The notes under the pieces were generated by a model. It saw nothing but the letters and a program-made list of their open reading frames with translations, was not told the DNA's origin and searched no databases. Position numbers and translations under genes: made by a program. Positions 29,852-39,362 of a stretch of DNA of 64,000 nt are shown here, piece by piece (positions within the stretch are counted from its first letter, which is position 1; each line of letters starts with the position of its first letter). Origin of the DNA: Promethearchaeota archaeon (GTDB lineage Archaea > Asgardarchaeota > Lokiarchaeia > Sigyniarchaeales > SOKP01); contig JBHLOY010000005.1 in assembly GCA_048939995.1 (NCBI GenBank), forward strand, positions 1 to 64,000. Direction: 5' to 3'.

Positions 29852-30475
29852 ATGAGCCCTATTATTACACATGAGGATGAACTTGAATTAGCAAGAACAG
29901 AAAAAGAGTTGGTTAATCAAATAAAAAAACTAGCAAAAATTCAAAGTGATCTTATTAACTCTCAAAAAAAATATGCAGAAAATCTTACTAAAGCAAACCT
30001 AGCCCGAGAAATACTTAATCGAACTTTTAGAGATGTAATTAAACAAATGCAGACTTTAGTTAGAGAGAAAAAATCAAATATTCAAGAAGAAGAGATAAGA
30101 TTATATCAAGATATTATTCATAATAATAATGAATACATTGAATCTAACAATAAATATATAGATGCAATTAAAAATCTGACTCTAAAGAAAGAATATTTTA
30201 TTGAAAAAAAAAATGAATTTGCAGATTCTTTAAATGAGGTTGCTAGTAGAAGAAGTGCGGTGATTAAAAAGGCTCTAAATGTTGAAAAAATGAAAAATAA
30301 ATTAATCGAAGGCGAAAAACTTAAAATCTTAGATGCAGAATTCGAAGATTATCAAAGAGATTTCGATATAGCCAGAGATGTATTAATAAAAAAAATCCAT
30401 CAATTTTTAGAAGTGAGAAAAGAACTTGACGAATTATGGATAGTATTAAAAAATTCAATTTCTAAATCTAGTTAA
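29852..30475 (+). CDS. all-helical coiled-coil protein, BAR-domain-like
   Basis: 207 aa of continuous heptad-rich helices with a basic turn (EKMKNKLIEGEKL). Confidence 0.6.
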   Translation: MSPIITHEDELELARTEKELVNQIKKLAKIQSDLINSQKKYAENLTKANLAREILNRTFRDVIKQMQTLVREKKSNIQEEEIRLYQDIIHNNNEYIESNNKYIDAIKNLTLKKEYFIEKKNEFADSLNEVASRRSAVIKKALNVEKMKNKLIEGEKLKILDAEFEDYQRDFDIARDVLIKKIHQFLEVRKELDELWIVLKNSISKSS

Positions 30476-30613
30476 TTATTTTTAAAATTTTTTTTATACC
30501 TTTACTTAAAATAGTTTTAAATCTTACGGACTTAAATTTATTAAATAATTCAGATATATAATTATTAGAAAAAATATTGGATAATTCTTTAATAATAAAA
30601 ATTGAGATAAAAA

Positions 30614-31078
30614 ATGGCAGAAGAATTCGCAAATTTCATGCAAGAAACTAGAAAGGCTCCTCTCGAAGAAAAGTTGAACGCTTTTGGAGATATCGTTGAA
30701 AGGATGATGTCAATGATTCTTAGAATTCCTGACTTGTTAGATCAATCATTATCAACTATTAATCAGAAATTATCAACCCTAGAAACGCGAGTTAATACGT
30801 TAAATAGTGATATAGCTGCATATAAATCTACAGGAAGTGGTATATCACCAATTGTATCTGCGCCAAAAGCTCCTAACAGTGCTCCTCCTCCTCCTGGAGT
30901 TCCACCTAGTACGATGTCTGGAGCGGGAGCGCGCCCTCCCCTTGGAGGTCCACCACCACCACCCGGAGGTCCACCAGGAGGTCCAGGACCCGCTCGACCT
31001 GCTAGTCCAATAAGCTTAAGAGGTGCTATCATGAGTGAACTTAAACAACTGTTTGATAAACGAAAAACACAAAGTTAA
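30614..31078 (+). CDS. coiled coil, polyproline and C-terminal WH2/FAB-like helix protein
   Basis: N-terminal heptads; APPPPG and GPPPPPG; ends LRGAIMSELKQLFDKRK. Confidence 0.8.
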   Translation: MAEEFANFMQETRKAPLEEKLNAFGDIVERMMSMILRIPDLLDQSLSTINQKLSTLETRVNTLNSDIAAYKSTGSGISPIVSAPKAPNSAPPPPGVPPSTMSGAGARPPLGGPPPPPGGPPGGPGPARPASPISLRGAIMSELKQLFDKRKTQS

Positions 31079-31199
31079 TTTTATTTACATTAAAACTATA
31101 TATTTGTATTTAGTTTAATTTTATTTCCTGATTCCAATTTTAATTAAATAATTATATAGTATATTAAGAAAAAATAATAGTTTTCAATGGTCAAGTTAA

Positions 31200-32879
31200 T
31201 TGGAGCAATCTAATAATGAAATTACCGGAGAATCTAATGTTAAAGTTATCCATGATCTTAAAAGACAGATTTTAGAGATTCCTTCATTAATAAGGGTGAT
31301 GAATCGTTATTATAGAGAAAAACTATGGCCAAAAAATCAAATTAAACCATATCTTCTAAAAAATAGCCCTGATTGGTTACCTCTAACTAGCGATTTAACT
31401 TACAGAAAAGATTCGTCTAAATTTCCAAACAGTATCATTTTATTCGAAGCATGGATGAATCTGGGTTTTGATGCGCTATATCCTAAATTTGCCTTGCATT
31501 ATAAATTTCCAGGAATTTTAAAAGGAGAGAAAGTTAGACATCTTTTTCAATTTACATTTGCAACCTCTCGTGGATTTGGATTTCCAATATATTTTGGTCC
31601 AGAATTTTATGGATATATATTAACTTATGGTAAAATATTGGAACCAATCTTAAAATGGAGCCATACTGTATGCCACAGGGCAAATCAAGCAATCTTTCTA
31701 ATCGCAAAACGTTATAATCTTAAACAGCATCATCCTGGGGAGTTTGAGTCAATAATTATTTCTGAATATAAAAATAATACCTATAAAGGTGTTGATACTC
31801 TTTTACACGGATACTTTACTAAAGATCCTAAAGATCTCGGAAGTTTTAAGTCTTTAAATGAAGCCCTTCGAGATATATACTTTTCCTATTCCATAGGAGA
31901 TCATTCTATGAGTATTGAATTAAGCCCCCCTAAATCTTCTTTACATGTTTCCTTAATTCCTTACCATAAAGTGAAAGAGAATTATAACATTAATTTTTAC
32001 ATTTATATAAAAAAACTCATCTCATTTAGAAAAACATTGATCCATAAAATTTTAACTTGTAAAACTGAAAAAAAAATCCTAAAGAGTAGATTAAGTCGAA
32101 TAAAGAAGTTAAAGTTGTATTTTAATCGATCAAAAAAGTTTAAAAGCTCCATACTTGAATCTTCTAAAAATATTTTTGAAATCGAGAAATTTAATCTTTA
32201 TATTCATGTTATTGAAAAAATTTTAGAATTATTATGGACAACTCCTCTATACACTCACACACAACATATTTTAACAACGGAAGAGATGAAGTTTTTTATT
32301 CAAGAGAATAATCTTGAAAAGGATTTTAAAAAGAAATCAACAAATTCTATTTTCTTGCTATGTCTAAGATATTATGAAAAGAAGTACAGATTTGATTTTG
32401 AAGAAGAAGAAATTATTAATAAAATAAATGAATTAGAGAATTTTATGGGGAAAATGTGGTTTGATTTCAAAGATAACCATTTCGATTTAGCATTGAAAGA
32501 ACTAAATCAACTCTTTAGTTGTTCTATTGATGATCAAAATTATAATATGAAAGTCAGTAAAGTTATAGATGAGCTTATACCAATCTTTTCAATCTATGAA
32601 ATATTCAATAGACCTCTGTCTGAAACAGTTTATCCCGAGTCAATTCCGCGTACGAAAAGACCTGGCGCATACATTGCTAGCTTTTTAACTTCAAAATATA
32701 ACCCATTTGGCGTAAATCTAATGCACCTCTTCAATAAATTAGCATTTTACAATTGGGGATATTTTATTTTACACAATAAACTAAATAGAAAAAATTTCTA
32801 TGAATTCATTTTAAAACTCCCTATCTGGAAATATATTCCTCAGAATATAAAATTAAAAATCTTAAAGCAATCGATTTAA
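31200..32879 (+). CDS. hypothetical protein (559 aa)
   Basis: Long ORF with no recognised motif. Confidence 0.75.
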   Translation: MEQSNNEITGESNVKVIHDLKRQILEIPSLIRVMNRYYREKLWPKNQIKPYLLKNSPDWLPLTSDLTYRKDSSKFPNSIILFEAWMNLGFDALYPKFALHYKFPGILKGEKVRHLFQFTFATSRGFGFPIYFGPEFYGYILTYGKILEPILKWSHTVCHRANQAIFLIAKRYNLKQHHPGEFESIIISEYKNNTYKGVDTLLHGYFTKDPKDLGSFKSLNEALRDIYFSYSIGDHSMSIELSPPKSSLHVSLIPYHKVKENYNINFYIYIKKLISFRKTLIHKILTCKTEKKILKSRLSRIKKLKLYFNRSKKFKSSILESSKNIFEIEKFNLYIHVIEKILELLWTTPLYTHTQHILTTEEMKFFIQENNLEKDFKKKSTNSIFLLCLRYYEKKYRFDFEEEEIINKINELENFMGKMWFDFKDNHFDLALKELNQLFSCSIDDQNYNMKVSKVIDELIPIFSIYEIFNRPLSETVYPESIPRTKRPGAYIASFLTSKYNPFGVNLMHLFNKLAFYNWGYFILHNKLNRKNFYEFILKLPIWKYIPQNIKLKILKQSI

Positions 32880-33457
32880 AATTCCAAAAATCCGGGATCG
32901 TCAAATATATCTTCAATTTTTTTTTCCTTTTTTATACTACTCTCATCATGCTCAGAAAATAAGGATTCTTCATCAGTTTTTATCCCTTTCTCCATTTCAT
33001 GGAGGTCCAGTTGATGGAGCGCATCTTTTTCTTTTTTCTTAAATTCCTCTGATTTCAATTTCCAACTGTTAACTTCTTCTAAATTCGCGTTCTCCTCCTC
33101 ATCTAATAATTCTGCGGCTTTTACTTTGCAAAGATCAGATAAAATCGAATAACAAAGAGCTAATTCCCCCCACTCATTTTCTTCTTTCAGTTTTTCAACT
33201 CTTCTTTCTAATCGTTGCATTTCTTGATCAGCATAATAGATATCAATAAAATCGCCAAAAGCATCAACAGGCTCTGAGATGGAATTTACTAATACCTCTT
33301 TTGTTAGACCACAATAACCACATTTAACAGTTGCGATTATTCCTTTTCTAAGCCCTTCAACTTTCACAGACTTCTCTCCACATGAAGGACAGGTGAATAT
33401 TTTTGGTACTTTCTTAACTCTTTTATATGTCTGTTGCTTTCTTTTTCTTCTTCCCAT
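32876..33457 (-). CDS. elf1: transcription elongation factor Elf1 with C-terminal extension
   Basis: MGRRKRK...FTCPSC...CGYC...EPVDAFGDFID. Confidence 0.9.
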   Translation of the reverse strand: MGRRKRKQQTYKRVKKVPKIFTCPSCGEKSVKVEGLRKGIIATVKCGYCGLTKEVLVNSISEPVDAFGDFIDIYYADQEMQRLERRVEKLKEENEWGELALCYSILSDLCKVKAAELLDEEENANLEEVNSWKLKSEEFKKKEKDALHQLDLHEMEKGIKTDEESLFSEHDESSIKKEKKIEDIFDDPGFLEF

Positions 33458-33649
33458 ATGAAATCAAGTTAATTTTATTTTTCTTAATCTAATTCACTAT
33501 TTAGTTAGAATTCAAATCTAAAAAATTTTCGTATTTTAAATTACAAGTTAGAGGAAATCGTAAGACTTTTTAGGAATGTTTTATTATATTACTTACTCCT
33601 TTTAACCGAATGAAATTTGATAACTTTATAAAACTAGTGGATTTTAGGT

Positions 33650-34750
33650 ATGGAACATAGAAATTTGTCATTGGATTATGATAAGAATTTAATTGATAAA
33701 ATCCTTGATGATATCGATATGAGATATATCATACTATTTCTTTACATTATTAGGAATGATTTATTTAAAGATTTAGGTGATAAAAGCCTTGTAGAATATT
33801 ATGAGAGAGTCTTAATTTTAGATGATATTTATAAGAGCAATATTCTGAAATTTTGGCCGAAAGATTTTACTGAAATTGCTATCGACTTGGGATTATTCAA
33901 AAATATCCGAACTTTAAGAGAATTTGACCAAAATGAAGAAGATTTTATTATAAAATTAGGAGAACAAACTATAACCTTAGAAAATAATGTGATATCAGTA
34001 CCAGATGATACTCTCTTTTTAATATTAAATAAAAAATTTAAATCTGTATCTAGGAGAAATTTCAATTCAGCGCTCATAAAATTAAAAGCTGTGAGGTGTG
34101 AATCCACTAATGCCATTCATTCTTTAATATATGAAATTAGTGATCATGATTATGCTTTATCTGATGATCTATACTACATCTTAGATCAATACGGTAATAT
34201 TTATCAAGCTATCAAAATAGAAATTACGATAGAGGGTTTTTTCCAAAGATTTAAAGAAATTCAAGATAATATCACTAAACTAATAAACATATTTGAACCA
34301 AAATTAAATAAAAAACCTGTTATATCAAAAATCCATAAAGCAATAGAAGATAGTAAGGATATCTTTGACTATCTCAAAGAAAACAATATTGAGCTACCTG
34401 AAAAATTTAATTTTGAAAAGATAGATACGAAAAATGAAACTTTTCAACAGTGGAAGTCAACTTTACTCGATTTGCTTGAAATAAGCTTTAATTTAAATAG
34501 TATTGAGAAGAATCTATTAGTTAATAAAAAATTATATTCTGGTAAGGGCAAAAAGTATAGTTATCTCACATTTATTGAAAAAGTTTCATATAATGAGGGA
34601 AACATTGTTAATGAGATTCAAGATTCTTTATTAAATCTAAGAGAAGAATTGGTCAGAATTAATAAAAGAATTTCCAAATTATCTAAAAAAGAAGTAAAGC
34701 TATTAAATTTGGATTATGAGAGAGCTATAATAATGAGTAGTGATGAATAA
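33650..34750 (+). CDS. hypothetical protein: winged-helix-like region plus coiled coil
   Basis: First gene of a co-oriented cluster; RRNFNSALIKLK..LIYEI..YALS wHTH-like segment, heptads C-terminally. Confidence 0.75.
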   Translation: MEHRNLSLDYDKNLIDKILDDIDMRYIILFLYIIRNDLFKDLGDKSLVEYYERVLILDDIYKSNILKFWPKDFTEIAIDLGLFKNIRTLREFDQNEEDFIIKLGEQTITLENNVISVPDDTLFLILNKKFKSVSRRNFNSALIKLKAVRCESTNAIHSLIYEISDHDYALSDDLYYILDQYGNIYQAIKIEITIEGFFQRFKEIQDNITKLINIFEPKLNKKPVISKIHKAIEDSKDIFDYLKENNIELPEKFNFEKIDTKNETFQQWKSTLLDLLEISFNLNSIEKNLLVNKKLYSGKGKKYSYLTFIEKVSYNEGNIVNEIQDSLLNLREELVRINKRISKLSKKEVKLLNLDYERAIIMSSDE

Positions 34751-34752
34751 GT

Positions 34753-35712
34753 TTGAAATGTCCATCTTGTAATATTGAAATGGAGCCTTTAGTTGCTGGT
34801 ATATTTCAATGTCCACAATGCAGAAAAATTCTAAAACAAACTGAAGAAAAAGTTGAAAAGGAACTAAAAAAAATTATTGAGGAGGGTGAATTTCAAGATG
34901 GAGAATATTTTCATAAAAATCTTAGCTTGAATAAGAGCTACGAAGTTTGTGAAAAAGGAATTGTGGTATATAAATCTTCTAATTACCTTATGGCAGTTTT
35001 AATCTGTAAAAGCTCCTATAAAGAAAGATATATAAGACTATCATGGTGGAAAAACTCTCAACATGCAGGATTATTTAAAATCTATGATAAGGAAGTTCTT
35101 AAAAACACTATTAAAGTTTTAGAAAAAATTGATGAATCATTCGATGAATTTTGGAATTGGAAAGGAAAATATGGCAGATCTGAACAAAAGACAGAAGAGG
35201 AATTAAGTAAAGAAAAAAAAATGGAAATAATTAAAGCTCGAATTATTGAGAACCGAACTTGTCCAAATTGTCAAAATAAAATGGAGAAGAACAAGTCTCA
35301 TTATATATGTCAACATTGTTCTGAAATTGTAATATTAGAAGGATATAATCAACCGGTTTTTAGCATATCCCCCTCGGATCTTGACTTAACTTTCCATAGT
35401 AATTTCCCAATTAATTATTACATGCCTGTAAGCGGTATAACAGTAAAATGGTTAGTGGGTGAATGGAAAGCAATCGTAATAATCTATTCTAAAGATAATC
35501 CAAATAAAAAATGGGTAAGGTTCTATTGGTGGGTTCGAGATTTAACTAATTTTATTAAATTCGGTAAAAGAGAAATAGGAAATGGTGTTCAAATGGGATG
35601 GAAAGCGCAGAAAGGTATAGCATCTCCTAATATTTTTGATAAGAAGTTAATAAAACCTCTAATAATTGCGCTAAAAAATATATCTATAGAAATGGAATGG
35701 GATATTGATTAA
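34753..35712 (+). CDS. tandem (Zn-ribbon plus PC4-like) repeat protein
   Basis: CPSC/CPQC..YIRLSWW..IYDK and CPNC/CQHC..WVRFYWW..IFDK. Confidence 0.75.
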   Translation: MKCPSCNIEMEPLVAGIFQCPQCRKILKQTEEKVEKELKKIIEEGEFQDGEYFHKNLSLNKSYEVCEKGIVVYKSSNYLMAVLICKSSYKERYIRLSWWKNSQHAGLFKIYDKEVLKNTIKVLEKIDESFDEFWNWKGKYGRSEQKTEEELSKEKKMEIIKARIIENRTCPNCQNKMEKNKSHYICQHCSEIVILEGYNQPVFSISPSDLDLTFHSNFPINYYMPVSGITVKWLVGEWKAIVIIYSKDNPNKKWVRFYWWVRDLTNFIKFGKREIGNGVQMGWKAQKGIASPNIFDKKLIKPLIIALKNISIEMEWDID

Positions 35713-35735
35713 AAATAAAAAATACAACAATAAAA

Positions 35736-36875
35736 ATGACTGAAATTTCAGATTCAAATTGGAATGAGCTACTCCAAGACTTCGAAAAGGGTTTAGAGAA
35801 TGCTATAGAACGCCTTGAAAACAGAGACATTGAGAACATTCCCGGTGCTAAACAAGCTTTAATACAGCGACTAAATGATATGAAACTTATTTTTCCAAAA
35901 AATAATGGTGATATTTTTATAAAATCTATTAATGACAAAATACAAAATAGCTTTTTTCCAAACACTACCAATTTTTCAGAAGCTTTTGAGAAGATTTTAA
36001 AATCACGAACTCACGAACAAGACTTTATAATTAATGAACTATTAAACGGTTTTGTTACTTCTAAAGCAAGAGCACTCGCGACTGGAACTCAAGGGCCAGT
36101 TATTGATAGAATGGTTGAAGCGTTTAGTAAGAGAAATGACTTTCACATTGTGGATCATCAATTTTTTGCGATGTTTGGGGATCCAAATAAACCTAAAAAT
36201 TATGTGAAAAAGCAACTTGAACAACTTATAAATATGTTTGGATTAATATCAAAAGAACTTATCGTAGAGAAAGATGTTAGAACTGGTCGCCAAAAAAAAT
36301 ATACCTTTTATACTTTTCCAGAAGATATCATTAAAATCCTTGAAAAAAAATATTTGATAATAGATGATAAATTAGGATATGCTTATGTCTCTGAAGAATT
36401 TGATCGAAACGTATTTATTTGTATGTTCTTAGCAAATATTGCCATTAGTAGGGATAATTTAGAAAAAATAGGAGGAACTTATACTGTTAATGGAATTTCA
36501 GCAATATTTGCAGTAATATTACTGTTGAGTTTTTTACCAAAAATTTCTGTTGATGAAACAAATCCCATCTTAAATGATCCTAATTATGATGATGCAAATA
36601 TGAGCATTGTTCCAAAATCTTGGATGATGAGACAGGTACTGGAAAACTTATTCGAACCTCTTATAAAAATCGTAGCATATAGGTTAGGAGGTGGCTTGTG
36701 GATATCTAAGGTAATAGATTCTGAAGTTAATAAAAGAATTGTAAACCAAATACGATTTTTAATCAAGGATGTTAATAAATGGATCTTAGGTCAGTTAGTT
36801 AGAGTAGAAATCCCAATCTTCATTAGTATAGGAAATATTTTAACTGAAGTTCTAGTAGGATATAGAGAAGAGTAG
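35736..36875 (+). CDS. hypothetical protein with a possible winged helix
   Basis: YVKKQLEQLINMFGLISKE...GRQKKYTFY. Confidence 0.75.
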   Translation: MTEISDSNWNELLQDFEKGLENAIERLENRDIENIPGAKQALIQRLNDMKLIFPKNNGDIFIKSINDKIQNSFFPNTTNFSEAFEKILKSRTHEQDFIINELLNGFVTSKARALATGTQGPVIDRMVEAFSKRNDFHIVDHQFFAMFGDPNKPKNYVKKQLEQLINMFGLISKELIVEKDVRTGRQKKYTFYTFPEDIIKILEKKYLIIDDKLGYAYVSEEFDRNVFICMFLANIAISRDNLEKIGGTYTVNGISAIFAVILLLSFLPKISVDETNPILNDPNYDDANMSIVPKSWMMRQVLENLFEPLIKIVAYRLGGGLWISKVIDSEVNKRIVNQIRFLIKDVNKWILGQLVRVEIPIFISIGNILTEVLVGYREE

Positions 36876-36919
36876 GTTAACAGGTGATTTAGATAAGCTA
36901 TAAAAAAAAATCAACAAGA

Positions 36920-38200
36920 ATGGTTAAACCGGGAAGAAAAAGAGAAAAATGGACAGATATATTTCCTAGATATTTAACATTTATTAGCCATATGAGACCA
37001 ATTCTTAGAGAAACACGAAGAATTGTTATCGATTTAGACGCCGATCTTTTATTAGATACAGAAATTTTAGATAAAATCCGAGAAGAGGAAGAAAAAAGAA
37101 ATATTCGAAAGGTAAGAGCATTATCGGAGTTCTCAGCAATGTATCGATCAAATATCTATGAAATTATTAAGGATTTTATTATTAAATATAGAGAAAAAAT
37201 TCCTATGATTGATATTAAAGATTATATTGTAGAGTTTCTTCATGAATCCGTAGATGCTTTAAACATATTAAGGCATATCACTAATCCAGATGAATCTAAT
37301 CTAGAAGATACGTATCTCTATAATTTAGTAAAATTTATCGAGGAAATATTATTTCCCAGAGGAGCAAATTTGAAATTCATCTATGAAAAACTATTAAAAC
37401 ATACTCAAAATTTTTATGAATGTCAACGCCATATGTTGCAATCCCATACTTTTTATCGTGAGAAAATAGAAACTAGTGATGTTTTTGAAATCCCCGTTTT
37501 ATCCCCTAAAGTATTTCAGCTTATCAACAATATAACATCACTTTATAATCTTGATCCGAATTTTGGAAAGTATCCTGAAGATGAGAGATACGAAATTCCA
37601 ATGATATTAAAAAATGATGTTTTTCTACCATATATCGACTCAATAGCTAACACTGAGGAAGAAGCTATACAAAGTATTGCTGAGAGAGTAGGTCTTCGTC
37701 TAATAGATAATATATTTTTGGCACCTCGCGAAGATTTTGTCAACATATTAATAGATAATAATTTTCTGCGTGAAAACAAACAATCAGATGGTATTATAAG
37801 ATTGTATCCTCAGTTTAATAACGAAACTTTACTCCTCTACTACTTAGCTTTTGCTTCTCAGAGACGTGGGTTTTTATCAAAAGAGCTTATTAATTGGATA
37901 TCAATGAATTTTGCTTTTCTAATTTATATGGGTATTTTGAAATGGAAGTTGTCTGATGAAAATATTTTTTATCCTATTTTCAAAGATTTACAAACAAATG
38001 AGAAGGTACTTCCCTATTTGATGAAATTAATTTGCTTCCCAAATTATTTAGGATTGGATAAAATGAAAATAAGAGACTCACCCCAATATAGAAAAGAAAT
38101 TTTTAACTTTATGGGAGCTGAAATAGATAACCTGAAAATCCTTATTTCTGAGATTGCAGAATTTTGTGAAAAATTTGAAAAAGAAAGAAAAAATAATTAA
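36920..38200 (+). CDS. hypothetical helical protein
   Basis: 426-aa ORF within the operon. Confidence 0.8.
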   Translation: MVKPGRKREKWTDIFPRYLTFISHMRPILRETRRIVIDLDADLLLDTEILDKIREEEEKRNIRKVRALSEFSAMYRSNIYEIIKDFIIKYREKIPMIDIKDYIVEFLHESVDALNILRHITNPDESNLEDTYLYNLVKFIEEILFPRGANLKFIYEKLLKHTQNFYECQRHMLQSHTFYREKIETSDVFEIPVLSPKVFQLINNITSLYNLDPNFGKYPEDERYEIPMILKNDVFLPYIDSIANTEEEAIQSIAERVGLRLIDNIFLAPREDFVNILIDNNFLRENKQSDGIIRLYPQFNNETLLLYYLAFASQRRGFLSKELINWISMNFAFLIYMGILKWKLSDENIFYPIFKDLQTNEKVLPYLMKLICFPNYLGLDKMKIRDSPQYRKEIFNFMGAEIDNLKILISEIAEFCEKFEKERKNN

Positions 38201-38216
38201 ATTACATAAAAAAGAG

Positions 38217-39323
38217 ATGAGATTTATTAGTAATAAAGATAGTGAAAAAAAGATGATATACACTGATGATGTCATCAAAGATAGAATGGGGAAATATGGA
38301 GCAGTATACTTTCCTTATGATATAAAAGAAACCGTTGAGGATATTTTAGGGAATGAAGTTAAAAAAGAAATTTTAAACGACTTTTTTAATGCCTTAAAAA
38401 AATATGACGAATTTACTGAACAGCTGAAAGAAACTAAATTAAACCCGAGTTTAACTGTTCTACTATATGGCCCACCAGGCACGGGTAAAACTTCATTAAC
38501 GAGGGGATTTGCGAAGAAATATGAAATCCCAATATGCGTGGTAGAAACTGATAGATTAGTTTCACCTCTATTAGGAGATACTATTAAACATATAAGACGT
38601 GTAGTAGATTTAGCTGCTGAAATTGCTCGGGAAAGATCTGCTTTTATTTTATTTTTTGATGAAATAGATGCTATTGGATCTGAAAGGTCAAATATCCATG
38701 AAGTAGGAGAAATAAAAAGAGCTGTAATATCCTTTTTACAAGTTATAGATAGAATTAACTATGAAGGTGTTCCATTAGCCATATTTGGAGCAACAAATCA
38801 TCAAAATCAATTAGATTCCGCTATTTGGAGGAGATTCACCTTTCATCTTCAATTTGATTTTCCTGACTTTCATTTAAGAAGGCAAATAATTGATTCATTT
38901 TTACAAAAGATAAAAAATGCAAAAATAGGAGTTGATGAATCTATTTTTGTGAATTTAGAAAAAGAATATAATGAATTTCAGAGTTTAGAAAAAGATTTGA
39001 AACGTAAAGTTGGTCAACAAGCTTCGGAGTTCAAAAATAGTACACTATGGAAAGATATCGAAAAAAAAAGTAAAATAGATGGAATTTTAAAGTTAACTCA
39101 TGGATATTCAGGTTCCGATATCGAACGTGGTACTAAAGTGGCATTGTTAAAAGCTATGAATAGAGAGATTTTGACTTATGATATGTTCTATCAAGCTTTA
39201 AAGTTAGTTGGTGGAACAGCTATTCATGTAGAACGCCAAGATATATTAAGTGACATTAAACAAATTTCAGAAAATGCAAATACAAATAAGTCGGGTAAAA
39301 TAGTAGGCCCTCCTGAAATTTAA
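38217..39323 (+). CDS. AAA+ ATPase (single classical AAA module); start probably ATG 38217 or 38253
   Basis: GPPGTGKT, LFFDEID, ATNH..LDSAIWRRF, GYSGSDIE. Confidence 0.93.
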   Translation: MRFISNKDSEKKMIYTDDVIKDRMGKYGAVYFPYDIKETVEDILGNEVKKEILNDFFNALKKYDEFTEQLKETKLNPSLTVLLYGPPGTGKTSLTRGFAKKYEIPICVVETDRLVSPLLGDTIKHIRRVVDLAAEIARERSAFILFFDEIDAIGSERSNIHEVGEIKRAVISFLQVIDRINYEGVPLAIFGATNHQNQLDSAIWRRFTFHLQFDFPDFHLRRQIIDSFLQKIKNAKIGVDESIFVNLEKEYNEFQSLEKDLKRKVGQQASEFKNSTLWKDIEKKSKIDGILKLTHGYSGSDIERGTKVALLKAMNREILTYDMFYQALKLVGGTAIHVERQDILSDIKQISENANTNKSGKIVGPPEI

Positions 39324-39362
39324 TCAATTATAGTAAATTAAAATTACCTTTTAATTAAAATT

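Noticed and set aside
30763-31032. Gly/Pro-rich antisense ORF
   Set aside because: Shadow of the GC-rich polyproline codons on the plus strand
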